Origin: Nanobdellota archaeon
Lineage (GTDB): Archaea; Nanobdellota; Nanobdellia; Parvarchaeales; Parvarchaeaceae
Reading direction: 5' to 3'
Length of the DNA: 61,905 nt
NCBI GenBank assembly: GCA_021850635.1
Contig: JAJZLM010000008.1
Location: 1 to 61,905, forward strand
Shown piece by piece: positions 1 through 9,634 of this stretch. Under the pieces are notes generated by a model. The model saw only the letters and a program-made list of their open reading frames with translations. It was not told where the DNA came from and did no database searches. The position numbers and the translations under genes were made by a program. Within the stretch, counting starts at the first letter, position 1. Every line of letters starts with the position of its first letter.

Positions 1-216
1 TTTGTATTCCTCTTTCTGCTTTAGTTCTTTCAGTAATCTTGCGGTGTCATAGTAGTTCAGTCCTTTCTTTGATTTATCGCTTTTGTGCTCTTTGTAGTAA
101 TTTTCTCTCAACTCTAAAGCTTTGTTCCAGACTACCCTGCTGCAGCCGAAGTATCTGGAGAATGTTTCTTTCTGCTCCTTATTAGGATACAACCTAAATT
201 TGTATGCTGCCGACAT
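1..216 (-). CDS. tnpB: IS200/IS605-family TnpB (OrfB), N-terminal 72 codons only; gene runs off the left window edge
   Basis: Hand translation of minus strand from ATG at 216: MSAAYKFRLYPNKEQKETFSRYFGCSRVVWNKALELRENYYKEHKSDKSKKGLNYYDTARLLKELKQKEEYK, the canonical TnpB N-terminus (YKFRLYPN..Q). Not on the ORF track because no stop lies in the window. Confidence 0.85.
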   Translation of the reverse strand, partial: MSAAYKFRLYPNKEQKETFSRYFGCSRVVWNKALELRENYYKEHKSDKSKKGLNYYDTARLLKELKQKEEYK

Positions 217-321
217 ATTGCCATTTTACCACTCTTGCTATTTATGTTTTCCATTCTTTCAGTTCGCTTTCATCCCACTGCTAAAGCACGTGGGTTTTCC
301 CGCTCACCTTTGATAAACTTT
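217..321 (-). mobile_element. Putative left end (LE) of the tnpB-only IS, with subterminal hairpin at 274-294
   Basis: CCCAC-TGC-TAAA-GCA-C-GTGGG hairpin 58-78 nt upstream of the tnpB ATG. Flanks (CATCC...TTCCCGC) resemble the hairpin region at the 3' end of the second tnpB (61010-61030). The exact IS boundary is not determinable. Confidence 0.5.
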
Positions 322-1029
322 TTAGTCCACTATCTTTTCGTATGCTTTTTCCAGAGTTTTATACTTTTTCTTCAGAGCGGCAACGCTTCCGCTACCAACT
401 AGTTTGCCTTTGTTTATAAACAGTATTGAATCGCATACCTCTTGTATCTCTTGCGTCACATGTGAACTTATCAAGATAAGCCTGTCTTTTTTTAACAGTT
501 TCAACATATTCTTAAGCTTGACTCTCTCTATAGGGTCCAGACCACTTGTCGGCTCATCTAAGATCAATATTTCCGGCTCTGAAAGCAGAGCAGAGACTAG
601 TGAAACTCTCTGCCTCTGTCCTTTCGAAAGCCTTCCGTTCCTAAAATCTAATGGAGGCAGTTCTAGGAGTTTGTTATACTTTGATATCTGAGAATCTATA
701 CTTTCGTTCGACATGCCGCGGAATTCTCCTGCCATATGCAGGGCTTCTCTTACGGTCTGCGATTTGTCAGGCTCTGGAGATTCTATAACCGCTCCGATGT
801 CTAAAAGCGCCTCTTTTTTATTTTTAGTCGCGTCTATACCGTTTATTTTCACCGAACCAGAAGTCGGTCTTATAAGCCCAGTCATTATCTTGAACGTTGT
901 GGTCTTGCCAGCGCCATTCGGGCCTAGATATCCTATCGCACCGTCTTTTTCGAATGTGAATGATATTCCGTCGAGGGCGATTGTTTCCTTGTATTTTTTT
1001 ACCAGATTAATAACTTCGATTTTTGCCAT
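322..1029 (-). CDS. ABC transporter ATP-binding protein
   Basis: Walker A GPNGAGKTT, ABC signature LSKGQRQRV, Walker B ILILDEP. Confidence 0.9.
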   Translation of the reverse strand: MAKIEVINLVKKYKETIALDGISFTFEKDGAIGYLGPNGAGKTTTFKIMTGLIRPTSGSVKINGIDATKNKKEALLDIGAVIESPEPDKSQTVREALHMAGEFRGMSNESIDSQISKYNKLLELPPLDFRNGRLSKGQRQRVSLVSALLSEPEILILDEPTSGLDPIERVKLKNMLKLLKKDRLILISSHVTQEIQEVCDSILFINKGKLVGSGSVAALKKKYKTLEKAYEKIVD

Positions 1030-1031
1030 AT

Positions 1032-1871
1032 TCAGTTTAGCACCTGCTTATAGTTGTATGTGTACAGTGCTGCGACCAAGAAGACTATTAAGTAACCTAA
1101 CATTATTTCTATCCCCTCTAACAAATATGGTTGGTATTGTGAAACAGTATATTTTCCGGCTTTTGTTGGTATGGTGCTGGACGAGAAATGCATAAAATTA
1201 TTTGAAAATATGTTGTATACGACTTGTCCTCCATAATTGATCAGGAACCACGGCTCGATGTTCGCTAGCGCTGGTAATAAGTTCGATAGTATAGGTAGTG
1301 CTATGACTAATAGTATTACGACAGCCATCGTACTTGTCTGGGGGTTGTTAAAGAGCGAACTCATGAAAAACGCGAACGCTAGAACGGAAGCTATAAAGAC
1401 AGCTGCAAGACCTATCGAAGAGGCAAATACAAGCGGTATCGAAGAGAAAAAGTAGATACTACCACCAGCTGCGAAAATGTAGTAAACTAAGACTATTATT
1501 AAAGATGCTATAAATGCGGAGATATACCTGCCTATAAGCAGCGATGAACGCCTGACCGGCTGGACTAAGATAAAATAACTGTAATTAGATGCGAAGTCAG
1601 TAGATATCGCACTGCCGCCGAAGAATGCTGCGACGAGGATTATTACGAAAGTTATATTTTGCATAAAGCTAAACAAGTAAGCCATTGGATTCTGATACTG
1701 GGATGTTATAGCTGCTGTGCCCGAGTGTATTTCTAAAGCTAACACCGCAATCGATATTGCGGCCACTAACAGTACAAGCGCAATGAATTTTTTAGTGCGC
1801 AAGTACGAGTAAAACTGATATTTTAGTGCTATCTTAATCTCACCGAATCGACTCAGTTCACTGCCTTTCAT
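1032..1871 (-). CDS. ABC-2 type transporter permease
   Basis: 279 aa with about six hydrophobic helices, immediately upstream of and co-oriented with the ABC ATPase (2-nt gap). Confidence 0.65.
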   Translation of the reverse strand: MKGSELSRFGEIKIALKYQFYSYLRTKKFIALVLLVAAISIAVLALEIHSGTAAITSQYQNPMAYLFSFMQNITFVIILVAAFFGGSAISTDFASNYSYFILVQPVRRSSLLIGRYISAFIASLIIVLVYYIFAAGGSIYFFSSIPLVFASSIGLAAVFIASVLAFAFFMSSLFNNPQTSTMAVVILLVIALPILSNLLPALANIEPWFLINYGGQVVYNIFSNNFMHFSSSTIPTKAGKYTVSQYQPYLLEGIEIMLGYLIVFLVAALYTYNYKQVLN

Positions 1872-2118
1872 TTTATTAAAGCGCTTATTGTACTTATATA
1901 ATTAATGATTAAGCGGACTTAGAGAGTATACATTAAGAATTTACTTCATTCGTTTTGGATAATATAGCGGAACGAATTTATATTTAAATCCGCTTGGTCT
2001 ATTAATAAAAGTAGGTATACCATGAAGATCGAAGCAAGCAGCTGTATTGCACCATATAACTTCCACGCTATACACAACGCAGTCTTGCGCGCCGCGGTAG
2101 TACTTGAATAAATTTAAT

Positions 2119-3996
2119 ATGTCAAAAAAAAACACATTCGGAGAATTCCTTAGCGAGATAGCTTCTAGAATCGGCGTCAATAGCTCCGAAGAGTTGCGTT
2201 CTCTTATAAAGACCCAGGACTACAAATATAACTGCGATTTTTCTATAACAAAAGCACTTAGGGAAAACAAAGCCGACAAAGATGCTATAAAAAAATCAGC
2301 GGAATCGATAAGCAGTTCTCTGAAAGACTTAGAATTCATAGAAAAAACAGAGGTAGTAAACGGCTACGTTAACTGTTGGTACAATTACAAGGCTATAATG
2401 AATAGGCTAGTCGGTTCTATGGGCGAAGACTACGGCAGCACCGATTATGGCGCAAAAAAGAGAGTCCTAATAGAACATACGAGCGTAAACCCAAACAAGG
2501 CTATACATATAGGGCATACTAGAAATTCATCTATAGGGGATTCGCTCTCGCGCCTTCTCAGATTGGCAGGATATGATGTAATAGTAACGAATTACATAGA
2601 TGACACGGGCGCACAGGTCGCCGATAACGTAGTAGGCATAAAATTTATGGGATTACCCCCAAGAAAGGAAGGGGTTAAGATAGACCACTATTTAGGCGAC
2701 GAAGTCTACATAACGGTTAACGATGCATACGCCAAAGACAGTTCATTAATGTCCAAAAGAAGCTTGGTTCTAAAAGCGATAGAAGCTGGTGACAACGATA
2801 TCGCTTTAGAAGCCAAAGAGATGGTAGATGAGGTCCTCAGGGCCCAGCTAGATACTATGAGCCGCTTGGGTGTATTCTATGACCTTGTGAATTATGAATC
2901 CCATATACTGGCCTATAAATTCTGGGAGATAGCTTTCGAGCAATTAAAAAAAGCTGGTGTTATAGACCTGGAGAGTGAGGGAGAAAAGAAAGGATGTTGG
3001 GTGTTTCAAGCATCAAACGGGGACAAAAAGATACTAACTCGTTCCGATGGGACAGTTGTATACGCTGGGAAGGACATAGCGTATGCGATGTGGAAACATG
3101 GTCTACTTAACGGTGATTTTAGATACAAGGAATGGTTTACGCAGAAGAACGGCGAGGAATTGTGGGCGACTACTCTAGACAAGGAATCAGAGACTAACCA
3201 CCCCATGTTTAACCATGTCCAAAGATCAATAAGCGTGATAGACATAAGGCAAAGCTACGAGCAGAACGTCGTAAAGGAAGCTATAAATAAACTAAGCGGT
3301 GGGGAGACAGTCGATTATATGCACTATGACTATGCCGTTGTGGCTCTATCCAGCAACACAGCGAAGAAGCTCGGTTTTAATGGAGCGGATAAAGGAGTTA
3401 TGCAAATGAGTGGTAGGAAAGGAGTCTACATAAACGCCGATGATTTCATAGATAAACTTAAAGGCGTCATACTAGAAGAAACCAAAAAGAAGAATACAAA
3501 CGATTTAAGTGAAGAGGAATATGAGAAGATTGCAGAAGACATCGCTGTTTCCACGTTGAGGTATGAGATGGTGCGCACAGATCCTAAAAAAACTATAGTC
3601 TTCGACGTAGACGAAGCCATCAAACTTGAGTCAAAAGGAGCAATATATATAGATTATACTCTAAGCAGGATGGCTGGTATACTTAGAAATGCAGCAGAAG
3701 ACATCCAAAGCCCAGAGTGCCCGGACGATCTAGACGAATCTGAAAAGAAACTTTTATTTAATATATTCAGATTCCAGGACATAGTAGAATCTGCAGCAAA
3801 GTCTTTGGATCTGACTATAATATCTAATTTCGTGTCTGAATTTGCGTCGGATTTCAATGCTTTTTACGCTAAAAATCAAGTCATAAAAGCTGAAGGGAAA
3901 AGAAAAACATTCAGGTTATGGCTAGTCGATTCATCTAGAAAAGTGCTAAAGAACGCTGCCAGTATACTGGGAGTGCTGCCTTTAGAGCGCATGTGA
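2119..3996 (+). CDS. argS: Arginyl-tRNA synthetase
   Basis: Class I HIGH motif (NKAIHIGHTRN). Size and the C-terminal ...LPLERM are typical of ArgRS. The ORF track starts at TTG 2104; the first ATG is at 2119. Confidence 0.88.
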   Translation: MSKKNTFGEFLSEIASRIGVNSSEELRSLIKTQDYKYNCDFSITKALRENKADKDAIKKSAESISSSLKDLEFIEKTEVVNGYVNCWYNYKAIMNRLVGSMGEDYGSTDYGAKKRVLIEHTSVNPNKAIHIGHTRNSSIGDSLSRLLRLAGYDVIVTNYIDDTGAQVADNVVGIKFMGLPPRKEGVKIDHYLGDEVYITVNDAYAKDSSLMSKRSLVLKAIEAGDNDIALEAKEMVDEVLRAQLDTMSRLGVFYDLVNYESHILAYKFWEIAFEQLKKAGVIDLESEGEKKGCWVFQASNGDKKILTRSDGTVVYAGKDIAYAMWKHGLLNGDFRYKEWFTQKNGEELWATTLDKESETNHPMFNHVQRSISVIDIRQSYEQNVVKEAINKLSGGETVDYMHYDYAVVALSSNTAKKLGFNGADKGVMQMSGRKGVYINADDFIDKLKGVILEETKKKNTNDLSEEEYEKIAEDIAVSTLRYEMVRTDPKKTIVFDVDEAIKLESKGAIYIDYTLSRMAGILRNAAEDIQSPECPDDLDESEKKLLFNIFRFQDIVESAAKSLDLTIISNFVSEFASDFNAFYAKNQVIKAEGKRKTFRLWLVDSSRKVLKNAASILGVLPLERM

Positions 3997-4049
3997 AGGA
4001 CAATATGAGTCTTAAAAGCATAAATAGATTACTGAGTTAATTCAATATT

Positions 4050-4325
4050 ATGCCAAGTAAAGAAATCAATCCCAACAAGGCGATACGCAGGCTGTTTCTG
4101 CACGAAAAACCTTTCATGCTACTTAAAATAATAGCTTCTAACGACGGGAGCGCCTATTCTGCGATGGTTGCAAAAAGAATAGACTGTAGTTACACCTACA
4201 TAATAAAACTCATAAAGAAAATGACTGAACTGGGTATAATAACTGCAGAAGGCAATTCACACAAGAAACTTTTAAAGTTAACCTACAGTGGCAAAAGGAT
4301 ATACAAACTTATATCGGATATCTAA
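4050..4325 (+). CDS. Small winged-helix DNA-binding protein (putative transcription regulator)
   Basis: 91 aa; HTH-like segment AMVAKRIDCSYTYIIKLIKKMTELGIITAEG. Confidence 0.45.
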   Translation: MPSKEINPNKAIRRLFLHEKPFMLLKIIASNDGSAYSAMVAKRIDCSYTYIIKLIKKMTELGIITAEGNSHKKLLKLTYSGKRIYKLISDI

Positions 4326-4798
4326 TTATTTTTTTCTGACTGTTCGTCTATTTTAGAAGCGTACTCCAATACTCGCTTTAATATTCTCTCTACTATGTAA
4401 GGTTTTATAAACGTCTCGAGTATCTCGCTAAGCGTCATGTTCTGCTTAACTCTGTATTTACCGTCAAGTTTCTCGACTAACCCAACAGACATCAGCTTCC
4501 TAAGGTCCCGCAGTATGTTGGCATAGACTATCTTTACATCCGTCTTGTACAACTCCTTTACGATGGAATAACTGTCTATGCCTTCTGGATGCGCTTTTCT
4601 CTCTTTAAGTAGAACATCTAGTATATGCACTATCCCTACCCTGCTCTCTCCTGGGCTGATTACCCCTATGGATATGCAGAATCTCCTTAGATTCGTGAAA
4701 TAATCTTGACCTGGCTTTTCAAATTCTCCTATGCTTATGCTGGCCAGCGGCATGTCTTTATAGAGCCTTTTTCTTATCCTGCCGTTGTCTTCTTCCAT
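4322..4798 (-). CDS. Hypothetical protein with C-terminal winged-helix-like segment
   Basis: 158 aa; SYSIVKELYKTDVKIVYANILRDLRKLMSVGLVEKLDGKYRV resembles a wHTH. Convergent with 4050..4325, overlapping it by 4 nt. Confidence 0.4.
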   Translation of the reverse strand: MEEDNGRIRKRLYKDMPLASISIGEFEKPGQDYFTNLRRFCISIGVISPGESRVGIVHILDVLLKERKAHPEGIDSYSIVKELYKTDVKIVYANILRDLRKLMSVGLVEKLDGKYRVKQNMTLSEILETFIKPYIVERILKRVLEYASKIDEQSEKNN

Positions 4799-4808
4799 AT
4801 ACGTGTGC

Positions 4809-6071
4809 TTAGCTTTGCTGGGTAGAAAGCTTATTCAGCTTATTGTTTATCTCTATGAGGTCGTCTTTCGTGGCAAACAAGGTAAAATTACTCTTTATCT
4901 TTGCTAGTTCCAAATCCGCACTTCCAATTCTTTTTGAGAGGTCGCCAAGTTTGTTGGATAAGTCCATGAAACGGTCCATTTGACTGCTGATCTCATTGTA
5001 CATAACCTCTACTTTAGAAACCTTAGCGTTTATTCTGTTATCGACTTCCTCTAACGAGTCTGAAGTCTTCTGCACGGTTTCTAAAAGCTTCGATGCGTTC
5101 TTGATAGTAGAGAGCTCGGATAGCTTATTGTTAACCGAAGACAGTGACGATTGAAGTTTTTCTACTCTAAAAGCCATGTCAGACATTTGATTTTCTATAG
5201 AATCTGTCTTATCTATATTCTTCTTTATCTCTATGCTCAAAGTCTCAGGACTGTAAGTGCTTGCATTGGATATGGATGACCTAGCTATGTTTATGAAGTC
5301 CATAACATGTTTTTGGGTGTCGGATACACTGGCTTGTATATTCTGGAACTCTTTACTTATAGTGTCTAGCTTCAAGCTAAGACTATTTGTTTCCACTGAC
5401 AGTGAATTCGCGTTGTTTGTCAACGCTTCAAAACGGGAGTTTATGTTAGAGTTGGCTTTCTTAAGCTGGTTCAGGTCGTCCACTAATCTGTTTATATTTG
5501 GTATGCCAGAATACAATGTCTCAGAAAGCTTGTTGACTTTATTCATAAGCTCATTGTCAGAAGAGGTGAGCTCGTTCAGCTCGTTTCTCACATTTTCAGA
5601 CAACCTATCTAAATTCGCTTTCAACTCATCGGTTCTCTTAGAGTTTACATCCACGTCATGGGACACTTTATCAGCTAAGCTGTTGAAGCTGTTTATGCTC
5701 TTGTTTAGGTCGGAAACAAGCATGTTCGAGTTTGAGGAGACGGATTCCACGGCGGAACTTAATTTTGTTATCTTAGACACAGAGTCCCTATAATTTTCAT
5801 TTACCCTGTCTATTGCGGAATTGAAATTTGATATCATTCCATTGAAGTCTGAAGACAGTTTATCCACCTTAGAATCTATCTTTTTAATATACGCAGGGTC
5901 TATATTGTCCCTTCTGGCGGCATCTATCTCTGATATACTATGAGCCAGAGAATCTATCTTACGATATATATCAGTGATCGTGTCGTTTAATCTTCTGTTG
6001 AAATCATTTATACTTTTTGAGTAATCACTGTAGTTCTGTGATACTTCTACTTTGGAATCACTGTTCTGCAT
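4809..6071 (-). CDS. Asn/Ser/Leu-rich coiled-coil protein, function unknown
   Basis: 420 aa, no TM segment, continuous heptad-like low-complexity sequence (..NKLSELS.., ..DLNKSINSFNSLADKV..). Confidence 0.6.
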   Translation of the reverse strand: MQNSDSKVEVSQNYSDYSKSINDFNRRLNDTITDIYRKIDSLAHSISEIDAARRDNIDPAYIKKIDSKVDKLSSDFNGMISNFNSAIDRVNENYRDSVSKITKLSSAVESVSSNSNMLVSDLNKSINSFNSLADKVSHDVDVNSKRTDELKANLDRLSENVRNELNELTSSDNELMNKVNKLSETLYSGIPNINRLVDDLNQLKKANSNINSRFEALTNNANSLSVETNSLSLKLDTISKEFQNIQASVSDTQKHVMDFINIARSSISNASTYSPETLSIEIKKNIDKTDSIENQMSDMAFRVEKLQSSLSSVNNKLSELSTIKNASKLLETVQKTSDSLEEVDNRINAKVSKVEVMYNEISSQMDRFMDLSNKLGDLSKRIGSADLELAKIKSNFTLFATKDDLIEINNKLNKLSTQQS

Positions 6072-6099
6072 AATAAGCTATTAATGCAGTTTTTGATAT

Positions 6100-7032
6100 T
6101 TAACCTTTTGATATCTGCCCTGATACTCTAGACTTTATAGCGCACGCTTCGCATACCGTCCTAGAAGAAGGTGAACCACATTCCGAACAGTTTAGCAACT
6201 TTGCTCTAGCGGAAACAACGCGATCGCCTGAATGAGCATTCTTAACAAAGATAGACGCGTCTATTATCTTCTTTTTAGAACCAGGCACGTCAGACTCCAG
6301 CTGCTTGACTACCTTGGCCAGCACTCCTCTAAAACCAAAACCAGAGTATGGGCAGGGAGTATGAAGCGCGTCTATGCCGTTTAATATGGAAAAGAGCATG
6401 GTCTCCTTCTCGCTTACAAAGATGAATGGCTTTACTCTCGGGACAAATCCTTCTTTAGCCTCTATACCCGATATAGGTCCAGATCTTAGTAGTTTTTCAT
6501 AATCTTTCTGGAATATATTCATAAGCACGCTTTCCGCTTCATCATCCATGTTGTGCGCTGTTAGTAGTTTGTCCGCTCTCTGTTCGATGGCTCCTGCGTT
6601 GATTAGGTGTCTTCTTAAGACACCGCAAGAGGCGCATGGTATCCCACTCTCTTTTTTCACTATATCGTCCATTCCTAGACCAGCAAAGTCCTTGTATGAA
6701 TACACTACGTAATCTACCCCCCACATCTCGCAGTATTTTTTCATAGTCCCTATAGTCTTGTCTCTGTACCCGTGTATGCCTTCATCTATGGTTATTGAGA
6801 CTATGTCATTTTTATCGCCGAAGTATTTCGATAATATGTAAAGCAGTGACAACGAATCTTTACCTCCAGAATTCGCCACTGCAATCCTCTCTCCTTCCTC
6901 GATCATTCCATACTTTTCTATAGTCTCCAAGACTATCTTCTCGAAATTCTCTTTGAAGTGATCTGCACAAAAAGTTCCGTTGAAATTAGATATTACAGCA
7001 ACCGCTCCGCATTTTTGACAAAGCATAATCAT
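6100..7032 (-). CDS. ttuA: PP-loop ATPase of the TtuA/Ncs6 (tRNA 2-thiolation) family
   Basis: PP-loop SGGKDS, N-terminal CxxC (CQKCG), C-terminal CSECG...CEAC zinc-finger cysteines, internal CASCG. Confidence 0.78.
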   Translation of the reverse strand: MIMLCQKCGAVAVISNFNGTFCADHFKENFEKIVLETIEKYGMIEEGERIAVANSGGKDSLSLLYILSKYFGDKNDIVSITIDEGIHGYRDKTIGTMKKYCEMWGVDYVVYSYKDFAGLGMDDIVKKESGIPCASCGVLRRHLINAGAIEQRADKLLTAHNMDDEAESVLMNIFQKDYEKLLRSGPISGIEAKEGFVPRVKPFIFVSEKETMLFSILNGIDALHTPCPYSGFGFRGVLAKVVKQLESDVPGSKKKIIDASIFVKNAHSGDRVVSARAKLLNCSECGSPSSRTVCEACAIKSRVSGQISKG

Positions 7033-7235
7033 CCGCCGGAGAACACTTCTATCATGTTAACTGTCGACCCCTCTTCTAACACCGTGTCCTTTGTGCATAT
7101 ATTTCCATCCTCTTTAACGAAGATCACCGCGTCGTCATTCGTACTAAATCTCTGTGTGAGTTCATCGACTGTGCCTCTGGTTAATTCGATTTTCTTTTCT
7201 CCAAAGTTTATGTTCTTCACAGTTATCTCTACCAT
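7029..7235 (-). CDS. Ubiquitin-like beta-grasp sulfur carrier (ThiS/MoaD/TtuB/SAMP-like) ending in Gly-Gly
   Basis: 68 aa ending ...MIEVFSGG. Overlaps the downstream TtuA-like gene by 4 nt. Confidence 0.7.
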   Translation of the reverse strand: MVEITVKNINFGEKKIELTRGTVDELTQRFSTNDDAVIFVKEDGNICTKDTVLEEGSTVNMIEVFSGG

Positions 7236-7236
7236 A

Positions 7237-9594
7237 TCACTTTATATTGTGCATAGCTTTCAAATCGTCTGAAAAATCTTTCAAGTCGTCTGGTATATCT
7301 ATCGAAATATTGTCACGCAAAGACAGCCCTCCTTCTTTTTTCTTCCCCCATACCATGCTGTTAAATTCGATTATTTTATCCCCTAACATATATTTCTCTT
7401 CGTACTTCATCTGTTCTGGGAATCTGTGGGAGTGAACTGAATCTTCCTTCCCGTGAGATTCCAACCAAAGTGCGTCGGTTATAAACGGACAGATAGGGGC
7501 AGTCAATAGCAGCACCACATTCAGCACGTAATTAAGCGTGTACAATGCCGCGTTTCTCTGGCTTTTTGAAAAACCGTTGCCGTAAGCCCGTGCTTTAACC
7601 ATCTCAACATAGTGCGGGGCGAACACTGACCATACAAAGTTGCGTATCCTGTTCGATGGCACCAAGAAATTAAAGCTGCTGTATCCCGATACAGCGTCCT
7701 TTACAAGCAAAGACAGTTCTCCTATAATCCATTTGTCGGACGGCATCAAATCATCATATTTTATATCCGAATAACCTTGTTCGCCAAACGAGGATATCAA
7801 CCTTGAAAGGTTTAGTAGCTTAGTAAGGAACTTCTGCGACCCGGCCACTTTGCTTTCAGAATAGAGAAAATTACTTCCTACCGACGCTTCAGAAGCCGAC
7901 CAAAACCTGAATGCATCTGCACCGTACTTATTTATAAGCGGAACTGGGTCTACAAAATTCCCCTTACTCTTAGACATTTTTTCACCGTGCTCGTCTAATC
8001 CCATCCCTCCAACCCATACTGATTTCCAAGGAGACATTCCAGTAAGTTCCGAGCATCTGACCATGCTATAATACATCCAAGTTCTTATTATGTCTACACC
8101 TTGAGGCCTTACCGAGACTGGATAAGTTTTCTTGCTCAGGTCTTCATCTCTGCCATAACCTGTGACGTAAAGAGCACTTACACTAGAATCCATCCACGTG
8201 TCCAAAGTCCTCTCATCCCCTATAAATTCCTTTCCTTTGCACGAAGCGCATTCCGCAGATCCTGGTGGGGATTCTTTCCAGGGTTTGTAATATTTGCCTG
8301 GGGGTGGAATATAAGGTTCTCCACATTTCTTACAGTACCATATAGGTATTTCAGTCCCATAGAACCTACGTCTCGATATTGGCCAGTCAGACGCGACATT
8401 TATCCAGTTTATCAATATCTGCCTGTGCTGCTCTGGTATAAAATCTATTTTTTTAGCCATCTCCAACAGCACTTCTTTCTTATCAGAAGTCCTCAAGAAA
8501 TATTCGTCCATCGGTATTATCTCTATAGGTGTCTTGCTCCTGTCACATAGAGGAGTTCTATGGTTAATATTGACTTCCTTCTCTACAAGTCCTTTTTCCT
8601 TCAAGATCTCCACGATCTTCTTGCGTGCTTCTTTTACCGTCAGTCCAGACAAGCTTTCTCCTGCGTTCTCATTCATTTTCCCGGAAGTATCTATCAATAT
8701 TTTCTCGTCCAAGCCGAACTTCTTAAAGAGCAGCACGTCGTTGTAATCCCCATAAGAACATATCATTACGACCCCGCTTCCAAACTCCGGTTTAGCGGAT
8801 TCGTCCTCTATAACTCTTATATCATATCCATACAGCGGCACAGTCACGCTTTTTCCGATAAGGTCTTTATAGCGTTCGTCCGTTGGATTTACCATTACGG
8901 CTCTGCACGCTCCCAAAAGCTCTGGTCTAGTCGTAGCTATAGACAAGGACTTGTCTCCGCCTTTTAGAGAAAATTTTATGTACACTAGCTTGGAAGGTAA
9001 ATCCACGTACTCTATTTCCGCATCTGCTATAGTCGTCCCGCAGTCTATACAATAATTACTCGGTCTTTTGCCCTTGTATATCCTTTTTGATTTCCAGTGC
9101 TCTATGAACGTTGCTTGGGTGAACGCTCTATATTCATCGCTGTCAGTCCTATAGATGTTTTCGAAATCTGCAGAGTATCCTATGTCATGCAGTATCTTGA
9201 TCATGCTGGTTTCTAAGTCGTCCAGGGCAGTCTTACACATGAAGAGGAACTTTTCTCTGCCCGCGCTCGCCATGCTGACACCATACGTCTTTTCGGCATA
9301 TCTCTCGACTGGTATGCCGTTTCTGTCCATGCCAACTGGAAAAAGCACTTCTTTCCCCAGCATCCTTTGGGACCTGGCTATCATGTCTATCTGTGAATAG
9401 TGGGCCACTGCTCCTAAGTGCCATGTCTTGCCCGACGTATACGGTGGTGGCGTGTCCATAGAGAAAACATCTAATTTAGACGACTTGTCAAACGCGTATT
9501 TACGCGCACCACTTCCTTCTTTAGTCTTTAACTCTAGTTCCCTATTCCAAGCCTTGAACGAAGCCAAAAAACTTTTAGCGTTATCTTCTGCCAT
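7237..9594 (-). CDS. valS: Valyl-tRNA synthetase (class Ia aaRS; Val assignment by size and motifs)
   Basis: 785 aa; PPPYTSGKTWHLGA (degenerate HIGH), WPISRRRFYGTEIPIWYC, LDTWMDSS, KMSKSKGN. Confidence 0.7.
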   Translation of the reverse strand: MAEDNAKSFLASFKAWNRELELKTKEGSGARKYAFDKSSKLDVFSMDTPPPYTSGKTWHLGAVAHYSQIDMIARSQRMLGKEVLFPVGMDRNGIPVERYAEKTYGVSMASAGREKFLFMCKTALDDLETSMIKILHDIGYSADFENIYRTDSDEYRAFTQATFIEHWKSKRIYKGKRPSNYCIDCGTTIADAEIEYVDLPSKLVYIKFSLKGGDKSLSIATTRPELLGACRAVMVNPTDERYKDLIGKSVTVPLYGYDIRVIEDESAKPEFGSGVVMICSYGDYNDVLLFKKFGLDEKILIDTSGKMNENAGESLSGLTVKEARKKIVEILKEKGLVEKEVNINHRTPLCDRSKTPIEIIPMDEYFLRTSDKKEVLLEMAKKIDFIPEQHRQILINWINVASDWPISRRRFYGTEIPIWYCKKCGEPYIPPPGKYYKPWKESPPGSAECASCKGKEFIGDERTLDTWMDSSVSALYVTGYGRDEDLSKKTYPVSVRPQGVDIIRTWMYYSMVRCSELTGMSPWKSVWVGGMGLDEHGEKMSKSKGNFVDPVPLINKYGADAFRFWSASEASVGSNFLYSESKVAGSQKFLTKLLNLSRLISSFGEQGYSDIKYDDLMPSDKWIIGELSLLVKDAVSGYSSFNFLVPSNRIRNFVWSVFAPHYVEMVKARAYGNGFSKSQRNAALYTLNYVLNVVLLLTAPICPFITDALWLESHGKEDSVHSHRFPEQMKYEEKYMLGDKIIEFNSMVWGKKKEGGLSLRDNISIDIPDDLKDFSDDLKAMHNIK

Positions 9595-9634
9595 TAGAGT
9601 TTACACCTCTTCTCCCTTAAATATCTCTATACCT

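Noticed and set aside
5257-5793. 178-aa plus-strand ORF, and similar long antisense ORFs (713..1195, 8101..8550, 9831..10337, 14864..15367, 23185..23655, 31764..32228, 44411..44917, 45067..45516, 49336..49959)
   Set aside because: All lie fully inside, and antisense to, ORFs with clear conserved motifs. Their products are low-complexity Ser/Leu/Phe-rich shadows typical of AT-rich coding DNA.
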